A stretch of 64,000 nucleotides of DNA from Kondoa subrosea (taxonomy: Eukaryota). Position numbers and translations under genes: made by a program. A model generated the notes under the pieces. It did no database searches. It was not told the origin of the DNA and saw only the letters and a program-made list of their open reading frames with translations. Location of the stretch: NCBI GenBank assembly GCA_039545335.1, contig BCIN01000003.1, positions 310,001-374,000 on the forward strand, given 5' to 3'. Shown here piece by piece: positions 27,038 to 39,373 of this stretch. Each line of letters opens with the position of its first letter. Position 1 is the first letter of the stretch.

Positions 27038-29143
27038 TCATAGCAGAAGAGACGCGACGATCACTAAGCTGACCAGCAGCATCGAGTGCCCGATTTTCGG
27101 TCCGGCAGAAGTGGAAATCGTTGAGTTGGTAGTACTGGTGGTCAAATGCGTAGCACCAAGATCCAATCTAATACAAAACATCAGCTCATATAGGCACATA
27201 GCAAGAGTATACGCACAATCCGACTGAAGATGGGAAGTAAAAAGTGTTGTTCGGATCAACTTGATTTTTTAGTACGGTCAGTCGATCATAGTTGTAGCCA
27301 TAATAGAGCTTCTTCCCTGTCAAACCAGTAGTCCCATGAATCAGCTCGAAGCTGAATACATGAATACCTGGACTGACAATTGTAATCATTTTGAATCAAG
27401 CGATCGTCGATATAGTTAATATAAGCCCTGTGAAATGTTCATTCAAACGCAGTCCGAATGAGACGCAGCAGAATAATACTCACCCGTAGTCCCAATCAGA
27501 AGCTTGATTCTTAGTGATTGTATCAACCATATCTGCTCATTCTAATCAGCTTCATTCCATGCCGATAGATTGCTGCTCACTGTCCAAGAAGCCATAACCG
27601 GAATCAGGGAAGGGTGGTGCATAATTGTTGGAAGAAGCATAAAATTGTATAGTGAATAAAGTATCTCTTTTTGCGAAAGCGGTAGATTCGACAGGTACGG
27701 CATTGATAGCTGAATCGTGTCCTCCCTGTTCAAACCGCCATCAACGAAAACCCACAGATGGGTTACATTGACAGTGACGAACGTATAACTCTACTTGAAC
27801 GAACCAATTCTGTTTATCAACCATGACGCTTAGCTGAAGTCAGTCAGCATAAGCGTGTAGATTCGACTCACCAGATCAGTTTGATAACCCTCATTTGCAA
27901 GATAGCCAACAAAAGCCTTGACCGCAGCTTCACTGTGCGATTTGGCGAAGACTAATCAAGTCAAGCTTGATTGAATACCCATCAAAAAACGCACCTCATT
28001 GGTTGACTTTGAGGAGTCATCAAACTCTTTGCATAAAAAGTATCCCTATTCCATTTTTCTGTTGAAGTATTTAACGCTTGACCTCCCGCTAAGTTAGCAG
28101 CAATCTGAACGAAATTCCCTTGTTCCACTTTACTAGTATCAGGAGTAGGGAACTGATTCAAAAAGTTATTGACAGTAGAATTGAAATTTGCGTTGCTTCC
28201 ATAATAAGCACCATTGAATTCAGTCTTGACGTAACCGGAAGAAGAACCTTTGAAGAAAGTGATTTCACCACCTAATTCTTTTGGGTTGGAATCCGAGACG
28301 ACAAAGTTTTGATACTTGAGCAAAAGGAAAGTAGCTTGATCTGCTGGTAAATTCCAGGTGTAAGCGTAGGAAGTAGCTTCTTCTGGTGCTGGTGCAGTAT
28401 TGAGTGTGATCGAAGTGGTGATGGCGAAACTGCCTGCAGCTCCTCGTAATGCCCAGAACAGCTGTAGATGCAGAAACCAGCACTTATAAGCCGAAACTTA
28501 TGAAGACCGGCTGCACCTACATCCTGATTCTGGTCGTCTGAAGCAGTAAAAGCAGTTCCATTGGCCAAGACGCCATCGATAGAATGTACTTGATCCAGTG
28601 TCAATCCATACATGCGACTCGAGAATCCGAAACCACCACTGAGACAAAATCATCAAAATGAATTGGTCTGAGCGGCATGGAATACACCGACTAAGCAGAA
28701 TGACCGCCAATCCCTACCCATGGACATGAACCAGCAGCTATAGCTCTATTCTTTTGACCAAGAGCTAAAGCAATATCACCCAACCTCATTCCAGATCCCA
28801 AAGTAATTTGTGAAGCATCTTCGTTGAAAGAAACGGATTTCAACTTGGATAAATCAATAACTAGACTCCCATCTTTTCCTCCTAGACCGTTTGCGATATA
28901 AGAATGACCACCTGAACGAGCTACTACAGTTAAATTCTGAGAATGGGCTGCTTGCAATGCTTGTGAAACTTGTTCTGCGTTGGTAGGTAGAAGAATAGCA
29001 TCTGGTTTGTAGGTGAAGCGTTGATTGTAAGCTTGAGAGAGATTTGAAAAGGAAGCATCTGATGGGTAGACAGCTTGTAAGCCTGAAGGGAAAGATTGAG
29101 CAGCAATCAGAGGTATCAACAGCAGTGAATAGGATAGTAGCAT
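27038..29143 (-). CDS. Secreted FAD-linked BBE-like oxidoreductase (CAZy AA7/oligosaccharide oxidase-like) with C-terminal GPI-like signal
   Basis: Signal peptide MLLSYSLLLIPLIAA; ARSGGHSY (His-FAD); AGSCPWVGIGGH (Cys-FAD); LFWALRGA; BBE end YYGYNYDRL..LK..VDPNNTF; S/T spacer and hydrophobic C-terminus. Confidence 0.9.
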
Positions 29144-29499
29144 GATTGGTAGTCAAGGGTATATCGAGGCTCGCTATCAAAGCAAGGTGGCCGCACGAGA
29201 GAAGGGCAGTGTTTGCACACTAAAGTAGGTCATAGCGTCACCGCCATCTTGAAAGGTGAGCGTGCCTGCTCTATAGTACAGATAGGCTGTGTCTTATAGA
29301 GCCTCTAGCTTCCCTCAGCGCTCACATTGCTTTGGTCTAACTGCTCGCGTGTGGCATCTGCATCGCATTTATTTACAGGTGAGCATTTCGAGATCATACT
29401 CAGCTCTGGAACTGTGGTGATTTGGTTTTGTTCACAGTCCCTCTATCCTTGCATATCTTCTCCGCTTTCTTCCACTCCTTCTGATACACTTATCCAGAA

Positions 29500-30458
29500 A
29501 TGAATCGCATCTTCGGATCCACCTCCAAAGCACCCAAGCACAATCTAAACGACTCCATAGCGTCAAACGATACGAGGATAGATGCTATTGAAGTGAAACT
29601 GAGGAAATTGGATGCGGAGTTGACTAAATATCGAGATCAGTTGAAGAAACTGCGTGAAGGACCTGGGAAAGTAAGTGATTCTTCTTCTTCCTCTCTTAAT
29701 CTCTCCTGCCTTATACTGCTCCCGTGCATGTTTTAGTGCATGTTCATCATGCAAAATCCTCTTAAAAGGAAAGACGTATTTGCTGATACTCGATTCCGGT
29801 TCTGACAGACTGCAGTCCAAAAAAGAGCACTAGCAGTACTAAAGCAAAAGAAGCTTTACGAGAAACAAAAAGAAGATTTACAAGCTCAGAACTACAATAT
29901 TGAATCCGTTCAAATGACTACTGATAATCTACGAAACACGATGCATACGGTTGATGCCATGAAATCTGCCAATAAGGAGATGAAGCGTCAATATGGGAAG
30001 ATTGACATCAATAAGATTGAAGTGAGTTTTCCTCCACCTTTTCCCTGTCCTGTCTATTAGTAAGAACGGATTGCTGATTTTGAGGGAAAATAGTCAATAC
30101 ATTATGATATGGAAGATCTTATGGAGCAAGCTAATGAAATACAAGAATCCATGTCCAGGACGTATGGAGTACCAGAAGAAGTAGATGAAGCGGATCTCGA
30201 AGCGGGTCAGTCGAAGTCTTGTCTGCACACCATCTCAAATTAATTCTTGTAATACAGAACTCGAAGCACTGGGAGACGATCTGGGAATGGAAGCGGATGA
30301 AGTACCTTCGTATCTGCAAGAAAGTGCAGGTGGAAGTCAACTACCAGATTTCGTTGATGAAGCGCCGGTGGAAAGTAACGTGCGTGTTTGGACTCCTTGT
30401 CACTATGTGATAGGCATTGATGAATTCAAGTACAGGCTCAGAAAGCCGGCCCTGTAAC
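29500..30458 (+). CDS. VPS60: ESCRT-III-associated Vps60/CHMP5 (Snf7 family)
   Basis: MNRIFGS..K; KLDAELTKYRDQLKKLREGPGK; DNLRNTMHTVDAMKSANKEMKRQYGKIDINKIE; QANEIQESMSRTYGVPEEVDEADLEA|ELEAL. Confidence 0.92.
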
Positions 30459-31011
30459 AGTATGAGCTTACTTCAGCTTTTGATACGCTCGAGTAAGCCT
30501 ATCATCTCCTGTTTCGGTACTGCACTGACTGAGGCTCTGAAGCTATGCCTGTGCTGCTAGGGAGCGACGTGCTTTGATGATCTGCTAATCACTTTGATCA
30601 GACTCGCCCGAGATTGATGGACTTTCTTGTATAGGCGGAGGAAGGGTATAATTGTAGTATATTACATCGATGCCATATAGAGCTAATAAGTCCGTAGACA
30701 TTTGTCTCACATCAGCTGGCTCACGGAAAAACAGGTCACAGCGTCACTTCTTTTGCAAACACCAAGACTCGTTGATACCTCTTCTGCAGAGCAGACTGAT
30801 TGAGGCTCTCTGCTTTTGATTCCATGCACTGAGCTATACCCTTTAATTCCCTTCTCTATTGATTTGCATCGAGGCAGGCCCTCAGGTTGTTTCAAGATTC
30901 CATTCTATTTTTTCTGGCTTCAAGGCATCTGTTGTTGTGCAACACTAGCTTGAACAACGCACGCAATACAATCGGGCAGATCGTCCTCAATCACCAGCGC
31001 TAGTCGCTGCA

Positions 31012-32160
31012 ATGGACAGTCGAAAGAGGATCAAATTGAAAGGAGACAGATTGAAGCATGCAAGGAGTCGGGCAAAGCGTCAAGATGTGAGTCCACTACA
31101 GCACACCATACATATCCATATACTGATCTAGATGCTTCTTAGGAGCTCACCATCGAACAGATACCGCCAACATACTCTTCAGCCATCGTTACCTTGGCAA
31201 TCTCATCACAAAATGCGAGTCCGACCAGACTCATTACTGCGGACAGCGATCCCACAACAACAATAGGAAGAACAATAGTCGATCCTTCAATCGTTTCGGT
31301 GCTCACTCCGACAACTTCTTCAACCTCAAGAACCTCGCGCAGATCTGTAGCCATTTCTTCTGCTTCTTCTCCAGTATCTTCTGCTCCAGTTTCTTCCTCT
31401 ACTTCTTCTTCTCCACAACAAAAAGATGTGAACGTCGGTCTCATAGCTGGCCTCGTCGTCGGTTTCGCAATCATCATATCGATCCTACTTTTCTTGATCT
31501 TTCGATTAAGAAGACAAAGAGAAGCACTCAAAAATCCCAAAACAGATCATTTCCTTCCACCACCTTTACCAGAAAAGAAACGAACACGAAGTCTGATTAG
31601 CGCGTTCCCACTACCGCCAGGAAGCGATTCGAGTTCCTTACGAGGGGAAGAAGATCTATTAGCTCATTTCACTTCGACAGCTTTAGCTCCTGTTGAATCT
31701 TATGGAAGCGCGAATATTAGACCTAGACCACCTTTACCGAACAGGAAAGAAGCGGGTCATCCAGATAGAAGAAGTGTAGTTAGTTGGTTCAGTATGAAGA
31801 GCAACAAGAGAAAAAGTGGGCATGGAAAGAAGAGTGCTTGGTATAGAAGTGGAGTGGATGATGAGCAACCGGTGTTTGATGAATCTGGGAGATTGAGCGC
31901 AATGTCTAGTGCTCCGCCAGCAGAAATGTTTGAGAGGTCAGTTCAGGGCTCCCTACCAGCTGAAGAAGGAGCTTATGATGAATTTGAACGACAGGTCATC
32001 ACCCTTGACTGAATTATCTACTAAAGCAATGGAGAAACTTTGGGCAAAAGAAACTAGATCTCAATCTCGTCTCACCAACAACTCAAGTACTCGGCTCAAT
32101 CCAAGCACTCAAGAAGAACTCAACAACGATCTGCATAGCTCTTATATGGGCGGCAGATAA
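31012..32160 (+). CDS. Single-pass membrane protein with S/T-rich N-terminal region
   Basis: TM VGLIAGLVVGFAIIISILLFLIF followed by RLRRQR; a probable intron at about 31937-31994 (gtcagt..acag) joins the main ORF to the 31909-32160 frame. Confidence 0.65.
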
Positions 32161-32540
32161 TACCCTAAATCATCACAAACACATTCCTTTCGTTCCTGGT
32201 TTTCCTTTAAGTGTATATGATAATCCTTATCTGTAGGGGCAATATTGCATCAGTTTTAAAGTATATATTCAGGGCATAATATTTCCTCGTTCCTTGTATA
32301 TAGCTCGTTCTGCATATAGAGTAGCACTTTGGTTTCCAAACCCTTACATTACAAGTTCAGCTGTTTTCTTCATCATGATTCGCGTAATCGATAGCAGCAC
32401 AACAGTCACGGTCGCAGTCAGAAGTCATCCCTTCTCAAAAATCCTCAGAATGAACATCTACTTTGGCAGAGGGCTTCTTTCCATTTTTCTTTCTTGCTTT
32501 TTCACGAGATACCTGGCTTGGCTTATATCCACTTCATAAG

Positions 32541-34676
32541 ATGACCACATCAACTCCTCAATTCACTTTCTTCGCACCGAGAAACAATTTCGTTCTTTCG
32601 TCAGCACAACGAGAATTGCTTTCGCTGTCCACTTTGAGCGAACGAGCATCTGACCATGATTTGTCTACTGGTGCGTAAGATAATCTCCCTAATTTCTTTC
32701 CCGTTAATCTGCTTTCGTAGCCCCGATTATCACTTCGGATGCACTGAGAACGGTTTCTCCCTCTCTACTACCCTCGTTAGGATTATTCGCTTCCGTCATC
32801 TCACAGCATGGCGATCATCTACGTCCACAGGCCGTTGAGCCTGCGTTATGGCTCAATATGAACACGCCCTTTTCTGCTTTACTTTGTGGTGTTCAGGTAA
32901 AGCTGTTCTTTTTCTATTCATTGAATATATGCCTATATTTTGTGGCAGGGGAGCGGAAAATCACACGCGACAGCTGTAATGCTCGAGGCTGCTTTATTAC
33001 CGAACAAAGATCTGGGCAATTTGCCGGATCCCTTGAGCGCTATAGTGTGAGTTCGAATAAACCGCCCAAGACCATGTCTGATGTCTGAAACAGGTTTCAC
33101 TTCGATTCTGCTATCGGCGCTGGTTCAGCTCGGCCTTGTGAAGCTGCTTTCTGCGCCAGAGCTGTAAACTCGAACGAGGCGTCAGGTATCTCTACCACTA
33201 TCTTAGTCTCGTGAGTCTGAGCTTAAACACTAGAACGGAGATCTGAGATGTTTGTAGGCCAACATGCATCAAGACAATGAAAGAAGTCTACAAGGATTTG
33301 CCTGTCAAAATTCGACCATTCCAGATCAGGACATCTGATCTCACTGCTACTCGCTTGTTGAGCTTGATGCAACTCGACGATGGCGGTGTAAGTCATTCGA
33401 ACTTCCAGGTAGCGCTTGATTGATGTCATGGGTAGAAAATGCCACTATACATGTCTGCTGTACTCGCAATCCTTCGGTGAGTAGATCAGTTCCCCACGAG
33501 GAAGAGTGCACGATTGACAATCTGCTGTCCAGACGAATGGGTAGCGATAATTTCTGCTACGCTACCTTTCGACGAGAAATCACAGCTCTCAAGCTTTCAG
33601 ATCAGCAGCGGGAGATGTTAAGCCTTCGGTTAGACCTTTTGGACTCGTTCGTGAAGGATGGAGCATCAAAAAGCTTGAAGGAGTATACTGATGCAGGGAA
33701 ACTGGTCATCGTGGATCTCTCGGATCCATTCTTGGACGCATCAACCGCTTGTTCTTTGTTCAGAATTGCTATGGGACTATATATGGAAGGCAGTGAGGGC
33801 AGTAGAATCGGAAAGATGGTTGTTTTTGACGAAGCCCACAAAGTGAGTTCGAATGGATCGGCTGAGTCTGCTCTCATCTTTGAACAGTACTTGACCACGG
33901 AAGCAACCGCATCCGAGCTTACAGCAGATCTGCTTTCCATGATCAGGCAGCAGGTACGCACAAATGTTAGCTGTATCTTAATCGTCTAATATTCCTGGTC
34001 AGCGACATCTCGGAGCACGCTTCGTAGTTTCAACACAAGAACCAACAGTCATTCCCTCAAGTATCATTGATCTGTGCAGTATGTCATGTTTTTTGAATGA
34101 ACATCCTGCTTGACTGACTCTGGATCAGGCATTATTCTCGCTTACCGTTTTTCCTCACCAGTTTGGGCAGCTCATCTCAGCAAGCATGTTTCGCACGGAA
34201 AACTAGAATCCGAATGGTTCGATCAAGTCGTCAGCCTACGCACGGGTCAAGCAATTCTCTTCGCTCCATCGGGATTCAGCAAGACTCGCGATCATATAGC
34301 TTCTCGAATCGGCCGCGGATACTTGGTCGTCCAAATGCGGAAGAGAATAACTTCAGATGGAGGCAAATCGATTATGGCGTCGAGTTGCTCGGCACCTATA
34401 AAGCCCCCGCAAGAGACTGCATTGAATTTCGATTCGCTGTCACTGGGTGGCGGCGCTTTCCAGGCTGACATTTCAGTGCGTATGCATATATGTGCTCTTC
34501 GCGAAACTGATGAAAAGGAGCAGTCGCCCAAAAGAGAAATTCGGACCCTCAAGGTTATGCCCAGCAGACCAGTTCGGACCATTAAGGTTGAGCCTAAGAG
34601 CTGGGCCCTCTTCGGTAAAGCCACTGTCATTGGAGATGTCGCGAGTCAATTGGCGTCACCTTTGAGAACAGATTGA
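32541..34676 (+). CDS. Uncharacterised P-loop ATPase of HerA/FtsK/VirB4-like type, about 10 exons
   Basis: NTPFSALLCGVQ|GSGKSH Walker A split by intron 32897-32948; VIVDLS; Walker B MVVFDEAHK (33816); IRQQ|RHLGARFVVSTQEP; LRTGQAILF. Confidence 0.8.
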
Positions 34677-34753
34677 AGACACATTCGAGGTGAATCGTTG
34701 ATAATATAGCATTTTAGCGCAATCACACGAGTACCAGTTTCTGCTTGGGCTAT

Positions 34754-37700
34754 CTAATTTGTCGCGACCCCATTTGGTTCGCTTGCTGATACTATCTCAC
34801 GTCTGATCTCTTGAATCTTGTCTTCGATTTTTGGCACCCACTTACGTATAACCTGCGAACAGATCAGAAGCAGCACCTGAAAGTCCGATGGAGCCGACTT
34901 ACAGACGGGAAACCATCTTTGCTTGCTGGATAGGTTTTTGCTAGACCCTTGAGAGCCTTGATCCAAGCCATCAAGTCTGGTATGGAGGAAGGGCCTTCGA
35001 CTAAAACTCGCTCAGCTGACATGACTTCCTGGTATTTGGTAGCGAGAAGTAAAGGTAGAATGCCTGGATGAGGAGCCAAACGCCATCTTGCTAGATACCC
35101 AAAGAACTCTTGACTAAGGCCCGGACCATGCGGCAACACCTTTTTGATGAGATCTTTGTTGTTGGCGAGCGATGCACTGTTGAAAAGATCAGTAGGGGTC
35201 CAGCGTGTATACAAGGGACTTACTGAACCAACAGAAGCTGGAGCACGACCGAATGATCCGAGTACGTGTTCTGGTAATAAGCACCTTTAGCTTGACAGCC
35301 GACGTATCGAAGCAATGTACCAATATTTGCAAGGCAACACTATTCTCATTTTCTGCTGGTTCGACTTCGACAAAGCTCTCATTGGCGTATGAGTCGGAAT
35401 CGTCAACTTTGCTGAACCAATGTCTTTTGTAGTAATCACCAATACGAATTGCTTTGTCGGATGAGGATTTCAATGTATAGGCGAGAGGACTGGTAAACGG
35501 ATTGCCGTACATAGGATTGTAGCGAGATGAAAGATATTGAGGGTCTGGCGTGAAGTAATTCATGAGGTATTTCGCGACAACGTCTCTGGCTTCCGGGAAG
35601 GCGACAAGAACCGCCGCAAAGCGATCGGATTGCGCAGGTTGATAGATGAGTTCAGCCAGTGCATTAACAACTCCGGCATTCGTCGTGTCAGATGGCACCG
35701 TGAAGACAAGTAGATGCTCAAGATCCAGTCGCTGATCCACAAGACAGGTTGTCAGTGTCTGGGCGGTAAATTGAGGCTGGCAAAAGGCATAAGCAATATG
35801 CGTCTTTAGACCGCTCGAGCTTACTCGAGATTCTTCCACAATACGGTTCAGCAACTCCGGATCAATGGCAAGCTTTGCGCGCATCATGGCTTCACGACGT
35901 TCAGGCGTGTAATGATTCGAAGACAAATTTTCCAGCATTTCGTCCATGATATGAGCATGGTTGCCCAAAAAAGCAATGACAATGATGAATGCTTGATCCG
36001 CTACCGAGCTGATACCACCTTGAAAGCCGAACGCCTCCCAAGCTGATAGGTAAAGACCCGCACGAACGAGTAAGCTCTGTTCTGGTTTGTCAGCATACGG
36101 TTACTCGGGGCAATTTGTACCTTACGTTCTTGTTCTTCTTGTTCGGTTGCCACTGTCCCATGGCTTCGGTCAAAGCAAGGCTACGATATAATTCAGTTCG
36201 ACAGCAGATCTTCTCGCTCATCTACTGATTTATCTGACCTTCTATGGCAGTCAAGAAGCAAAGATATGAGCATACGTTGTTGCTATCGAAGAGGCTCTTC
36301 ACATACAAAGACGGAATTACCAAACCGGATTCCCTCATCGCCACGTAGAGATCGATAATCGATTGCTTGATCCTATCTTTCGCAAGATTAAAGGCATAAA
36401 ATGTTAATTTGGGCATGAGATTGCGAGAAAGGGCATAGAGATGCTTGCAAATGACCGTAAATATCTCTGAGCTGATAGCATATGATATCGACACACCTTT
36501 AGCTTCGAGATCTTCCCTTCCATCGTAAGAAGATTGTCATTGAGAATTGGCAAATACAATCCGACGACCAGATCGTCTGATAATTCAACTCTCGCACATA
36601 CCAAGAGGTTGAGGAAGTCCGGATTAATGGCGAGTCCTTGCTGCCACTGATAAGTGACATTTATTGATGAGCGTACGGGATGAAATTGATAGGTTTCAAA
36701 TAGAGCTTTGATCTTGAGCCATTCTTCTTCAGAAGTAGTTTCGGTAGGAGAGACTGCTGGTCCAGCCAGCAGTTGGTCGTTGTTGTTGTTGATGCGGAAG
36801 CCAATCTGCTTCTTACCAGAGCCAACGTTGGTGGAAGCTCCTTCAGAATTCACCCTGTAACAAGAGATTGGCACCTTTGTCAATTTCAACATAAGCAAAA
36901 TGTGTACCAGGCTTCAACGATCTGCATCCAAACTCCATGAGTCATTTGCTGGAAATAAATCGAAAGACCAACTTCAGCATCATCCCAACCTCTACCGATT
37001 GCCACATTATTGCCGTAGCGAGCATAGCTCATGTTCAAGACAGCAAGGAAAGATCCAGGTGAGATAGACTTTGATCTGCCCCAGTTTCTGCCAACAAATC
37101 ATCAGTTGCTCTGTGTCATCTGCCTACGAAAAACTCACCTAGATACCCAACTTGGGTTGCGGCCTCCTGTATATGCACGATACAAGATTTGACAGAAGTA
37201 GCGACTGAAACAAGCCTGATCGCTGTCGACTAAACCTGCCAACGTGTGCTCATCGAGAATAGCTAGACGAATGCCCTCGTAGAGTCGCTGAGCTTTCGGG
37301 AAGTTCTTGATAAGAAACGCGGTTCTAGCATAAGAAGTCTACTGCAACTTAAGAATTGCTAACAATGAGTCCTTGTGTGCGACTGACAAACGAAATTGCT
37401 CGAAAGCGTTTGCAGACTCGTTTGAAACGCAGAGTAGCTTTACGAGCAGGCTCGAGCAGTGAGAAGATATAGATCAAAAGCTCTTCACCCAAGGCATCGA
37501 AAGGTCTCGCTAAGGTCCATTCAATGCCTTTCTTCTTGCGAGACTTGCTATCTGTAGCCCACATGGATCAGCAACAGAGCCTACACAGCTTATAACAGCG
37601 CGCACCAACAATGACTATCTCTTCAGACTGCTCGTTGTCACTTTCAGCGAGATCAGTCAAATCGCTTTCAGATCCAGAGTCCAAAGCATTTCGAAGCTGC

Positions 37701-37759
37701 TGGACACTTTGCGCGTCGCTTTGTGCTAGAGTAGTGCTCTGTCGAGTGCTACGAGACAT
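34754..37759 (-). CDS. F-box domain protein with long helical C-terminal region, multi-exon
   Basis: PFDALGEELLIYIFSLLEP....LRFKRVCKRFRAIS is a typical F-box; a chain of minus-strand exons continues to the stop at 34754. Confidence 0.7.
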
Positions 37760-37838
37760 CAAAGAGCAATTCTGGGCAGTCGAATTTGGCCGCTCGAAAA
37801 CAACACCCGAAAATTACGTAAGTCATGATGATCGTTCA

Positions 37839-39281
37839 TTAAGCCCTCAGTACCCTCAAAGCCTTCTCATATACGACAAAGGTTGCCGCATTGGCAATTG
37901 GTGATCTAAATTCTGCTTAACGGTCGAGCTTACCGTAGAACAGCATTCTCACCTGATCAAAGTAGGTACCAAACCTTTCGTAAAGCCCGCTAATCCATGA
38001 GTCCGATAGATCTGTTTTGCGCAATCCAGTGTGCTGCTATATTTCTTCGAGGAAGGTTGTGAAGCGAAACCATCAGTTTGCATTCGCGACTGAAGACCTC
38101 TTAGTGCATCTAAAAGAGAGCGAGTGATCCGTACATACCTTAATAACATCCAATGGATACGAAGTCATCCACATTGCCCAACCAGCAGCTACTCCAAAAG
38201 TCATCGCATTCAAAGTAGACAGATCCTAATCAGCGTAGCGATTCAGGAATCGCCAAGGATTGGAGAAGACAAGACCCACTGTACGAGATGCAGCCTTTTT
38301 GCGGCAGTGATCTTGTACAAGCCCTTCATAAGTTGCAAAGTAGCTGTAACAGACCTCAATTGGGAAGCAGAGTAGGATTAGAAGAAAGACTTACATTCCG
38401 TAGCCATGAAATTCTCGGAGCAAGGTAGCTACTTGTCCCTTGTAGATACCTCGGATCCCATCGGACCTGTTTTGACGGTCAGCCAAGAGTTCGCACATCA
38501 ATATGACGGAAATACCTGAAAATCTTCTTTACTGCATCAAACGGTCCCTCATAAAGCTTTCCTTGTCCACCAGATTGAGTTTGTAGTCCTAGATAACGCT
38601 TAGAAGAGCAGAAAACCTCAGTTTCACTTTGACCTACGGACTGACAGCTCAAGCTTTAGATAGTATCACACTGCATGAGACAGCAGGACATACTACGAAT
38701 ATGCTCCACAGGGCCTGAAGCGACAGAATTACCGACACCCGCTCCAGCTCCAGCCAGATAAAGTTGTTGGAGAGACAGCTGCTCGTTGCCTTTTTTCCTC
38801 ATTTGTCGTTGTATAGCATTAAGGAAACCGAATTGCAAAGAGACACAGGCTCCAATACCAATTAATGGTGCTAGTGTTCCTTTGTAAAAAGCTGATGGAC
38901 CTTCAGATGCTAATCTAACGATATATAGTCTCAGGACGGCGCGAAAGACATACAGAAGCGATAGAGCAAGCTCACGTCTTCTTGACTACGTCTAAAGGTC
39001 CTTGGTAGGCATTGGAGGATTGCAAGCGGACCTACGCGGTATCAGAATCGTTTGGTTGTGTTTGAACGCAGAGCATACTTTGACTGGAGGATGATGAGGA
39101 AGAAGGTTAGCAAACATCACGGAGTTGTCAGATCTCTGCTGACCAAAATCAAAAGGCTGCCCACTGATAGCAAACAGAACGCGATAAGGCTAGGTCAAGA
39201 CAGACGACAATCAAAGCACCTCAAAACCTGAGCAATTCCGCCGCAAGTCCCAGCTATCAAATCTTGTGCCGTCTCATGCAT
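37839..39281 (-). CDS. Mitochondrial carrier family (SLC25) protein, YMC1/carnitine-carrier-like
   Basis: DLIAGTCGGIAQVLSGQPFDFVKVRLQ; FYKGTLAPLIGIGACVSLQF; PVEHIRIRLQTQ; YPLDVIKSRMQTD; KGLVPTLIRSPIANAATF. Confidence 0.92.
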
Positions 39282-39373
39282 TTTATGAGACTGGCTCGAA
39301 TGGCCGTCCCAGGCTAACAAAATTGCACAGCTTGATAAGAAACCAAACCCCGAGTCAATAGATAGAAGGCCAA

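Noticed and set aside
31909..32160. Apparent frameshift or overlapping ORF at the end of the membrane protein gene
   Set aside because: Resolved by an ordinary intron of about 58 nt (gtcagt..acag)
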